Positions 54,655 to 64,000 of a stretch of 64,000 nt of DNA are shown one piece after another. Numbering within the stretch: the first letter of the stretch is position 1; every line of letters starts with the position of its first letter. Where the stretch lies: NCBI GenBank assembly GCA_035497315.1, contig DATJDU010000097.1, positions 13,548 through 77,547 of the forward strand. The letters run 5' to 3'. This DNA is from Sphingomonadaceae bacterium (lineage in GTDB: Bacteria > Pseudomonadota > Alphaproteobacteria > Sphingomonadales > Sphingomonadaceae). The position numbers and the translations under genes are program-made. The notes beneath the pieces were generated by a model. The model saw only the letters and a list, made by a program, of their open reading frames with translations, was not told the origin of the DNA and made no database searches.

Positions 54655-54974
54655 TGGTCTTTCCATTCGTAGCTCAGGGGCGCCTCTCTGAAGGCGAACC
54701 GGTCAATATGGCGCTCGATCACGCCGCGCAGATGGACGTTGCGTTCGGCATCGCCCGTGACGAGGGTGATCGCGATCCCCTCCGGGCGGGCCTGCATCGT
54801 CGCACTCTCGATCTCGGAAAAGGGAAACGTGCCCAGCCCGTCGGCATAATGGGTGGCCATCTTGTGGCTCCAGTGGCTGACGATCTGCTGGATGTAGCGA
54901 TCCGGCTTGGCACAGGGCGCAAAGCCGGTGGCGACACAGGCAGTATCTGCCGGGACGGTTTCGATAGCTGTCAT
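54651..54974 (-). CDS. DUF2218 domain protein
   Basis: 107 aa. ...RYIQQIVSHWSHKM...GVIERHIDRFAFRE... matches the DUF2218 signature (xRHLERFAFRE). ATGA overlaps with both ligJ (upstream) and ligA (downstream). Confidence 0.7.
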
Positions 54975-55996
54975 AGTCCTCGTTCCTTCAGCCTGGCATC
55001 GAGCCTGGGGAACACTTTACGCGCATTGCCTTCGAAGATGGCGTGCTTCTCTGTGTCAGAGATATCGAGTGCGTCGATATAGCGCTTCGTATCGTCGAAA
55101 TAATGGCCGGTCGTGGGATCGATCCCGCGCACCGCGCCCACCATTTCGCTGCCGAACAGGATGTTCTTGTTTTCGATCACGTCGGCCAGCAGGTCGATGC
55201 CCGGCTGGTGATAGACGCAGGTATCGAAGAAGATGTTGTTCATCAGATGCTGGTCGAGCGAAGGCTTCTTCAGCATGTCGGCCAGACCGCGATAGCGGCC
55301 CCAGTGATAGGGCACTGCGCCGCCGCCATGCGGGATGATGAAGCGCAGGCTCGGGAAGTCGGAGAACAGATCGCCTTCCAGCAACTGCATGAAGGCCACC
55401 GTATCGGCGGCAAGGTAATAGCCGCCCGTGGCGTGCATCGCCGGATTGCAGCTGCCCGAAACGTGGATCATCGCCGGAACGTCCAGCTCCACCATCTTTT
55501 CGTAGAAGGGATACCAGAATTTGTCGGTCAGCGGAGGCTGCTTGAAATAGCCGCCGCTGGCATCCGGGTTCAGGTTGCAGCCGATGAAGCCCAGCTCGGT
55601 CACGCAGCGTTCCAGCTCCGCGATGGAACTGGTCATGTCGGCTTCCTGCGACTGGGGCAGCATGCACACGCCCACGAAAGTCTCGGGGAAAAGCCCGACC
55701 ACGCGCCCGATCAGATCGTTGCAGGCGCGCGCCCATGGCACGGCTACCGACTGATCGCCCACATGCGGTGCCATGGCGCTGGCCCGGGGGGAGAAGACCG
55801 TCAGGTCTGCGCCGCGCTCCTTGATCAGGCGAAGCTGGTTCTGCTCGATCGTCTCGCGGATTTCGTCATCGGAGATTTCGGGATAGGCCGGGGCGTCCAC
55901 GCCAGCCTTGAAGGCGGCCTTCTGCTCCTCGCGCCAGGCATCGTGCCCCTTGGGCAGCACCGTATAATGGCCGTGGCAGTCGATCACCAAAGTCAT
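54971..55996 (-). CDS. ligJ: 4-oxalomesaconate hydratase
   Basis: VIDCHGHYTVLPKGHDAWREEQKAAFKAG...ISDDEIRETIEQNQLRLIKERGAD...IIPHGGGAVPYHWGR...FDTCVYHQPGIDLL is collinear with SYK-6 LigJ as recalled, 341 aa. Confidence 0.95.
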   Translation of the reverse strand: MTLVIDCHGHYTVLPKGHDAWREEQKAAFKAGVDAPAYPEISDDEIRETIEQNQLRLIKERGADLTVFSPRASAMAPHVGDQSVAVPWARACNDLIGRVVGLFPETFVGVCMLPQSQEADMTSSIAELERCVTELGFIGCNLNPDASGGYFKQPPLTDKFWYPFYEKMVELDVPAMIHVSGSCNPAMHATGGYYLAADTVAFMQLLEGDLFSDFPSLRFIIPHGGGAVPYHWGRYRGLADMLKKPSLDQHLMNNIFFDTCVYHQPGIDLLADVIENKNILFGSEMVGAVRGIDPTTGHYFDDTKRYIDALDISDTEKHAIFEGNARKVFPRLDARLKERGL

Positions 55997-56030
55997 GCTG
56001 AGTTGTCCTCTCGTTCCAATGTCCTGCGCG

Positions 56031-56825
56031 TCAGCCTTTGGCCGCGCGCCGCTGCAGCACCACAGTGCCGCGTGTCATAACGGGTTCAATGCCGAGGTCG
56101 AGCAGGGTCTTGGCCGACTCTTCCATTTCGGCGGCGCGGCGGAGCCCGTGAGTCTCCATCCGCTCGCGATTATAGGCGATCCTGTCTGCCCAGGGTTCGT
56201 TTTTCTCGCTTGCATCGAGCGAGGCCATCACTTCATCCAGCACGCCTGCGGCGCGGGCGGCTGCGGCGCATTCCCAGCTTAGCGCTTCCAGCCCTTTCAC
56301 CATCACCGAACGGATCATCTTTATCGCGCTGGCACGGCCCACTTCCTCGCCCACGATGCGAGTGTTGGCAAAGCCCAGCCTGTTGAGATTGGCCATCGCC
56401 CTGGCGGCAGCTTTGCCCGCGATCAGCAGGGGAACGCCCAACGCCTTGGGATCGACCGGCGCCATCACCGCGACATCGACGTAAAGCCCGCCCATTTCCT
56501 CCACACAAGCCGCGGCCTTGCGCTTGGTATCGGGCGCTACAGAGTTCATGTCGCACCAGATTGTGCCCGGGACAAGGAAGGGCGAATAATCGCGCGCCAC
56601 GGCAAAGGCGGCATCGGCCGTGACCAGCGAAAGCACGATTCCGGCGCTGGTCAGCACCTCTTCAGCGCTGGTGCAGGCGGTGACGCCGCACTCCTGCATT
56701 ACGGCATGGCGATCTGCCCGAATATCATATGCGCGGGCGCAATTGCCCCATTGCCCGGCGCGGGCAAAGGTCGAACCAGCTTCACCGAAGCCGATCAGGG
56801 CCAGTCGAGGCAGGTGCGCATTCAT
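56031..56825 (-). CDS. NAD(P)-binding oxidoreductase (6-phosphogluconate dehydrogenase-like N-domain plus DUF1932-like C-domain)
   Basis: LALIGFGEAGSTFA Rossmann motif, ...GRASAIKMIRSVMVKGLEAL... typical of the DUF1932 family, 264 aa. First gene of the ligJ-containing operon. Confidence 0.78.
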   Translation of the reverse strand: MNAHLPRLALIGFGEAGSTFARAGQWGNCARAYDIRADRHAVMQECGVTACTSAEEVLTSAGIVLSLVTADAAFAVARDYSPFLVPGTIWCDMNSVAPDTKRKAAACVEEMGGLYVDVAVMAPVDPKALGVPLLIAGKAAARAMANLNRLGFANTRIVGEEVGRASAIKMIRSVMVKGLEALSWECAAAARAAGVLDEVMASLDASEKNEPWADRIAYNRERMETHGLRRAAEMEESAKTLLDLGIEPVMTRGTVVLQRRAAKG

Positions 56826-57001
56826 GCTTCGATTGTGCCGTTCATCTCTCGGTGGCGATCTACAGAATGTATGTATTGCTTACGAGTGTGCGGGCCGATA
56901 CGCGCAAGCCAAGGAAGGCTTGACGCGAGGCCGTTGCCGGATGCAAGCGCCCAGTGGAAATTTCAACCCATAGGCACTATTTTGCAAAGGGAGAGCCGAA
57001 G

Positions 57002-57676
57002 ATGAGCGGAGTCGTCGTCCAGAATATCGAGCGCGCATCGCGCGAGGTGGTGGAAGCGCTCGGCGCCTGCGGCGTTGCAACGGTGCATGAATCGCAGGGC
57101 CGCACCGGCCTGCTCGCCAGCTATATGCGCCCGATCTATTCCGGCATGCGGGTGGGTGCCTCGGCCGTGACGATCAGCGTGCCTCCCGGCGACAATTACA
57201 TGGTCCACGCCGCGATCGAACAGTGTCAGGATGGCGACATCCTGGTGATCGCGCCGACGAGCCCATGCGAAGACGGCTATTTCGGCGATCTGCTCGCCAC
57301 CAGCGCGCAGGCGCGCGGGGTAAAGGGCCTGATCATCGACGCCGGTGTACGCGACGTGCGCGACCTGACCGAGATGAACTTTCCCGTCTGGTCCAAGCGC
57401 GTCTTCGCGCAAGGGACGATCAAGGCCAGCCTCGGCAGCGTCAACGTGCCGGTGGTCTGCGCCAGCGCCTATATCGAGCCGGGTGACGTGATTGTGGCCG
57501 ACGATGACGGCGTCTGCGTGGTCAGGCGCGCCGATGCGGAAGAAGTGCTCAAGAAGGCACAGGCGCGCGAGGCCAATGAAGGCTCCAAGCGCGAACGCCT
57601 CGCCTCGGGCGAACTGGGCCTCGACATGTATGGCTTCCGCCAGAAGCTGATCGACATGGGCCTGAAGTGGATCTGA
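57002..57676 (+). CDS. ligK: 4-carboxy-4-hydroxy-2-oxoadipate aldolase/oxaloacetate decarboxylase (RraA-like)
   Basis: [14 protein letters not shown]...[10 protein letters not shown]...[24 protein letters not shown]...[12 protein letters not shown]. An AAGGGAGAG SD lies upstream of the ATG at 57002. Confidence 0.93.
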   Translation: MSGVVVQNIERASREVVEALGACGVATVHESQGRTGLLASYMRPIYSGMRVGASAVTISVPPGDNYMVHAAIEQCQDGDILVIAPTSPCEDGYFGDLLATSAQARGVKGLIIDAGVRDVRDLTEMNFPVWSKRVFAQGTIKASLGSVNVPVVCASAYIEPGDVIVADDDGVCVVRRADAEEVLKKAQAREANEGSKRERLASGELGLDMYGFRQKLIDMGLKWI

Positions 57677-57677
57677 C

Positions 57678-59737
<2,060 letters not shown>

Positions 59738-59867
59738 CCCTTAGCCGGGGCGGCTTGCCCGCCCGGCTGGCACTCCACAGGCTGCACCCCGGCATCGCGC
59801 GTCCGCGCGCGCTGAACAAAAGTCGCTCCGCTCCCGCAAGGGGAGAGGAGATGGCGATCTCGTCAGC

Positions 59868-61190
59868 TTACTTGCCCGGCGTGATTCTCAGCATCGCGCC
59901 GTCATTCTCGTCGGTCAGCACATAGATATTGCCGTCCGGGCCCTGGCGCACGTCGCGCAGGCGCTGCTTGAGATCCTGTAGCATCGCTTCCTGCTTGCCC
60001 GATGGATTGCCCTTCGCATCGAATTCCACGCGGACAAGCGACTTGTTCATCATGGCAATGATCAGATTGCCGTCCCAGCCGGGGAACTTGCGGCCGTGAT
60101 AGAAGGTCAGGTTGCCCGGATTGGCCGAGGGCGGGCCCCAGACGGCCAGCGGATCGACAAAGCCTGCCTCGCCCTTGATGAATTTGGCGGGCGTATCGTC
60201 ATAATGATGGCCCTGGGTCACATCCATCCAGCCGTAATTCTGGCCGCGCTGGATGCGGTTCAGCTCGTCGCCGCCGCGCGGGCCGAATTCGGTGGACCAG
60301 ATCTCGCCGAAATCGGGATCGACCGTCAGCCCGGTGGGGTTGCGGTGGCCGGTGGTCCAGATTTCCGGCTTCCAGTCCTTGTCGCCGACATAGGGATTGT
60401 CGTCAGGCACGGAGCCATCGTCGTTCAGGCGCAGGATTTTGCCGAAATGATTGTCGGGCTTCTGGGCCATTTCGCCATAATTGCGCTCGCCGCTGGCGAT
60501 GAACAGATAGCCTTCGCTGTCGAACGCCATGCGCCCGCCATAGCTGCCAAAGACGGGGCCCTGGCCGCAACACCTTGTCGGCACCGGCTCCTTGCCGAAC
60601 CATGCGTCGGCCACGAAGATATCCTTCACGTCGGACAATTGGTGGCTGCCGTCCCATTTGGCGCGCAGAACGGCCAGGGTGGTGTTCTTTGGATCGGCCG
60701 GATCGGCTTTGGAATAGCTGAGATAGATCAGCCGGTTCTTTGCGAAGTTCGGGTGCAGCACCACATCCATCAGCCCGGCCAGGCCGACATGATAGATTTC
60801 CGGCAGGCCCGCGATCGGCGTGGGGTCGAGCACGCCCGCCTTGCTGACGATACGCAGACGGCCGGGCCGTTCGGTCACCAGCATGTCGCCATTGGGAAGG
60901 AAGGCCATGCCCCAGGGGCGTTCCAGCCCCTTGGCGACCACTTCCACATGGATCTTGGCCTTTTCGGTCTGGAAATCCCACGGGCCGGCGCCCAGCGGCG
61001 TGGGCAGGAAGGCGCTGGGCGCGGGCTTGGGCGCATCGCCTTCGTTGGCAGAGGGCGCTGCCGGGGCGGCAGGTGCCTCTGGAGCCGCAGCCGGTGCTGC
61101 CGGAGCAGGCGGCGTGTCGTTTTGCGCCGCGGCGATTGCGCCCGTGCAGGCAAGTGCGGCACCCATTGCCAGACCGATAACCCGTTTCAT
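59868..61190 (-). CDS. PQQ-dependent sugar dehydrogenase (soluble glucose/sorbosone dehydrogenase, YliI-like) with Pro/Ala-rich linker
   Basis: Signal peptide, PAPAAPAAAPEAPAAPAAP linker, then LERPWGMAFLPNGDMLVTERPGRLR, GLMDVVLHP, GHRNPTGL, GGDELN blocks. Confidence 0.88.
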   Translation of the reverse strand: MKRVIGLAMGAALACTGAIAAAQNDTPPAPAAPAAAPEAPAAPAAPSANEGDAPKPAPSAFLPTPLGAGPWDFQTEKAKIHVEVVAKGLERPWGMAFLPNGDMLVTERPGRLRIVSKAGVLDPTPIAGLPEIYHVGLAGLMDVVLHPNFAKNRLIYLSYSKADPADPKNTTLAVLRAKWDGSHQLSDVKDIFVADAWFGKEPVPTRCCGQGPVFGSYGGRMAFDSEGYLFIASGERNYGEMAQKPDNHFGKILRLNDDGSVPDDNPYVGDKDWKPEIWTTGHRNPTGLTVDPDFGEIWSTEFGPRGGDELNRIQRGQNYGWMDVTQGHHYDDTPAKFIKGEAGFVDPLAVWGPPSANPGNLTFYHGRKFPGWDGNLIIAMMNKSLVRVEFDAKGNPSGKQEAMLQDLKQRLRDVRQGPDGNIYVLTDENDGAMLRITPGK

Positions 61191-61819
61191 GAAAGCTCCC
61201 CTCGTCCCTGGCCGGAGCGGTGATTGCCCCCTTCCGGCATTGTGCGTGCGAACAGCCAGTGCCTTCGCATTGCCTTATGTGTCCTCATTAGGCCTTTGAA
61301 GCGGCTCGCACAATCGCCGGATTGGAGGTGAATGGCGGTTTTGTTGCGCGGGCAGGCTTACGATGGAGGCGTTCCTGTTCGCCATCCTCGCCAGGAAAGG
61401 GGCCGGCATCAACGGTAGGGCCGGGTTTGCCTGCTGCCTTTGGCAATGCTCCGCAACTGCGGGAATGACGAAGCGGCAAGGAGGGGTTTCGCGCTTTCCT
61501 ACATGCGCAAAATCTGGCTTACCCTAGCCGATGACGCTCCCCGCCCGCCTTCGATCCTCGCCGCCTGCCGCACGCCTTGGCGAGCGCGCACGCAAAGCGC
61601 GAATGGAAGGTGACAGGCCCGGCCATTGGAGCACGTTTGAGAACTACGCGAAACTGCGCTTTGCAGGCGGGCCTGGGGCCCGTTATGCCTGTCGCGAAAA
61701 GGCGTCATTTCCGGCGCGTTTGGGTTACAGTTGTATCGGCGGGAAGGTGCATTCCGGTTTTGCTTGCCCGGGGGTGGGGCTGGGGTAACATCGTGCCATA
61801 GACAAGGGGAGACGGACCA

Positions 61820-62791
61820 ATGAACAGCTTTCTGATTGCCATCCTGGTGGTGGTTTTCATGTTCCTGCTGATGGGCGTGCGCGTGGTGCGGCAGGGTTAC
61901 GTCTATACGATCGAGCGGCTGGGGCGCTTCACCCTGGCGGCGGAGCCGGGGCTGCACCTGATCATCCCCTTCATCGACCGGGTCGGCCAGAAGGTGAATG
62001 TGATGGAGCAGGTGCTGGATATTCCGGGCCAGGAAATCATCACGCGCGACAATGCCATGGTGGGCGTGGACGCGGTGGTGTTCTTCCAGGTGCTGGATGC
62101 CGGCAAGGCAGCCTATGAAGTGCACAATCTGTTCATGTCGATCATGGCGCTCACCACCACGAACCTGCGCACGGTGATGGGCTCGATGGATCTGGACGAG
62201 ACGCTTTCCAAGCGTGACGAGATCAACGCCAAGCTGCTGGTGGTGGTCGATCATGCCACGGCGCCCTGGGGGGTGAAGATCACCCGCGTGGAGATCAAGG
62301 ACATCCGCCCGCCGCACGACATTTCCGAAGCCATGGCCCGCCAGATGAAGGCGGAGCGCCTGAAGCGCGCCGAAATCCTGGAGGCCGAAGGCGCCCGCGC
62401 ATCGGATATTCTGCGCGCCGAAGGCCTCAAGCAGTCGCAGATTCTTGCCGCCGAGGGCCGCCGCGAATCCGCCTTCCGCGATGCCGAAGCGCGTGAGCGC
62501 GAGGCTGAGGCTGAGGCCAGGGCAACGCAGGTCGTCTCCGATGCCATCGCCTCTTCCGGCACGCAGGCGCTCAATTACTTCATCGCGCAGAAATATACCG
62601 AAGCGGTCAGCCAGTTCGCCACATCGCCCAATGCCAAGACGATCCTGTTCCCGGTCGAGGCGACCCAGCTGATCGGATCGCTGGGCGGGATCGGGGAACT
62701 GGTGAAGGAAGCCGTGGGCGGCGGCGGTGGGAAAACGCCGCCGGCCCCCCCGGCCGCTCGCCGTTCCGTGCCGCCTGTCGGGGGGCAGTGA
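61820..62791 (+). CDS. SPFH/band 7 (stomatin-like, QmcA-type) protein
   Basis: N-terminal TM, VRVVRQGYVYTIERLGRF...IITRDNAMVGVDAVVFFQV...TRVEIKDIRPP, then a coiled-coil EAEARE region. Confidence 0.92.
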   Translation: MNSFLIAILVVVFMFLLMGVRVVRQGYVYTIERLGRFTLAAEPGLHLIIPFIDRVGQKVNVMEQVLDIPGQEIITRDNAMVGVDAVVFFQVLDAGKAAYEVHNLFMSIMALTTTNLRTVMGSMDLDETLSKRDEINAKLLVVVDHATAPWGVKITRVEIKDIRPPHDISEAMARQMKAERLKRAEILEAEGARASDILRAEGLKQSQILAAEGRRESAFRDAEAREREAEAEARATQVVSDAIASSGTQALNYFIAQKYTEAVSQFATSPNAKTILFPVEATQLIGSLGGIGELVKEAVGGGGGKTPPAPPAARRSVPPVGGQ

Positions 62792-63234
62792 TGGAGACGC
62801 TCTCCACGCTCGATTCGCACTGGGCCTGGCTGGCGATCGGCCTGTTCCTGGCGGCGGCCGAAATGGCCGTGCCGGGCGTGTTCCTGATCTGGCTGGCGGG
62901 CGCGGCGATTATCACCGGCGTGCTTGCCTGGCTCGTGCCGCTGGGTCTGCCGTGGGAAATCGTGATCTTCGGTGTGCTGGCGATCGTCTCGGTCTTCATC
63001 GGCCGGCGCTATCTGCGCGACAATCCGGTGGTGGAAGCGGACCCGAAGATGAACCATCGCGGCGCACGGCTGGCGGGAGAAGTGGCCACGGTCACCCAGG
63101 CGATCGAGGCCGGATCGGGCCGGGTCCATTTTGGCGACACCGAGTGGCTGGCCAAGGGCGCCGACGCTCCTGCCGGAGCGCGGGTGCGCATTACAGGGAG
63201 CGATGGGGCAGTGTTGCTGGTGGAGCCGGTTTAG
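62788..63234 (+). CDS. NfeD family membrane protein
   Basis: ATGA overlap with the SPFH gene. Two TM helices, then a C-terminal OB-like GRVHFGDTEWLAKG...RVRITGSDG, the classic SPFH-NfeD pair. Confidence 0.88.
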   Translation: MMETLSTLDSHWAWLAIGLFLAAAEMAVPGVFLIWLAGAAIITGVLAWLVPLGLPWEIVIFGVLAIVSVFIGRRYLRDNPVVEADPKMNHRGARLAGEVATVTQAIEAGSGRVHFGDTEWLAKGADAPAGARVRITGSDGAVLLVEPV

Positions 63235-63244
63235 GCGGGCCCCC

Positions 63245-64000
63245 TCAGCCCTCGTGGTGCTTCACCGCGCTGATGCGGGTGCCGAAGCGGCCGTGCTTGC
63301 GGAAGCGGACCATCCACTTACCCAGGAACAGTTCCAGCGGCTTGGGCGCGATGCCCAGCGCCTTGAGCCCCGGTAGCTTGCCCGAAGGGACGCTGCCGGC
63401 CTTGAGCATGATCCACTGGTCGCGGTTCATCGGCGTGCCGGGCAGGGCGGCGAACAGCGCGGAGGCGGCGTCGGGCATGTCGAGCAGCAGCGGATTGCGC
63501 TCCTGCCCCTTGGCGATCATGCGGTGCAACTGCATCATGGTGATCGCTTCCGGGCCAGCGATCTCATAGGTCTTGCCGCCATGCTTCTTTGGATCGCCCA
63601 GAGCATTGCCGATCGCTTCGGCGGCATCGTCCACCCACAATGGCTGCAGCCTGGCCTCGGGGCCGAACACCGGCACCACCGGCAGGGTGGAGACCAGCCC
63701 GGCGAACAGGTTCACGAATTGATCGTCCTCGGCAAACAGCACGCCCGGGCGAAGGATCGTCGCCTTGGGGAAGGCCGCCAGAACCGCTGCCTCGCCTTCG
63801 GCTTTGGTGCGGGCATAGGCGGATTGGGATGCGCTATCGGCGCCGATAGCGGACAGCAGCACGAAGCTTGCAAGCCCCGCTTGTGCGGCCGCCTCGGCCG
63901 CAACGCCTGCGCCCTTGGCCTGAATGGCGTCGAGATTGCCGCTGAAGGAACCCACCAGATAGACCGCTGCATCGGCGCCGGTCAGCACGGCGCGCACCGT
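63245..64000 (-). CDS. Complex I NDUFA9-like / NAD(P)H-binding atypical SDR, C-terminal part (continues past the 3' edge)
   Basis: ...YARTKAEGEAAVLAAFPKATILRPGVLFAEDDQFVNLFA...LQPLWVDDAAEAI...GKTYEIAGPE... is typical of NDUFA9-like proteins. The ORF is open to the window end. Confidence 0.8.
   Translation of the reverse strand, partial: TVRAVLTGADAAVYLVGSFSGNLDAIQAKGAGVAAEAAAQAGLASFVLLSAIGADSASQSAYARTKAEGEAAVLAAFPKATILRPGVLFAEDDQFVNLFAGLVSTLPVVPVFGPEARLQPLWVDDAAEAIGNALGDPKKHGGKTYEIAGPEAITMMQLHRMIAKGQERNPLLLDMPDAASALFAALPGTPMNRDQWIMLKAGSVPSGKLPGLKALGIAPKPLELFLGKWMVRFRKHGRFGTRISAVKHHEG

Noticed and set aside
60990-61110. GC-rich quasi-repetitive DNA (GCCGGxGC units) near the 5' end of the PQQ sugar dehydrogenase gene.
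   Set aside because: It encodes the Pro/Ala-rich linker PAPAAPAAAPEAPAAPAAP. This is coding low complexity, not a repeat element or a CRISPR-like array.

Overview
High-GC alphaproteobacterial chromosome segment. Gene content and protein sequences point to Sphingomonadaceae (Novosphingobium/Sphingobium-like). 1-24.7 kb is core housekeeping: rpoB 3' end, rpoC, nadE, gltX, pyk, a GapR-like DUF2312 gene, yebC-ruvC, ubiG, lysC and katG. 25-60 kb is an accessory-looking region for lignin-derived aromatic catabolism. It holds ligM, a LigF-like GST inside an 8-gene operon, an aldehyde dehydrogenase with a quinohemoprotein PQQ alcohol dehydrogenase, and a TonB-dependent receptor. It also holds a LigW-like decarboxylase operon with three NTF2/SnoaL-like proteins, a LigD-like SDR, and the full protocatechuate 4,5-cleavage set (ligJ-DUF2218-ligA-ligB-ligC, divergent from ligK-ligU-ligI). 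60-64 kb returns to housekeeping (PQQ sugar dehydrogenase, SPFH/NfeD, NDUFA9-like). I found no rRNA, canonical tRNA, CRISPR, transposase, integrase or recognisable defence system. The most unusual stretch is a roughly 0.9 kb lower-GC islet at 34.8-35.7 kb. It carries an orphan ORF, then a 70-nt tRNA-Ala(CGC)-like element 7 nt after the stop codon, then a strongly structured tail ending in a plus-strand intrinsic terminator. Other leads are the uncharacterised 8-gene LigF-like operon (27.8-34.8 kb), the NTF2/SnoaL-LigW-like operon, a DUF2218 ORF wedged into ligJABC, and a palindromic REP/MITE-like family, one copy of which sits inside ligK-ligU-ligI. Nothing here can be called a new system from sequence alone; these are candidates. 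All family assignments come from reading the translated ORFs against remembered family sequences, not from database searches.
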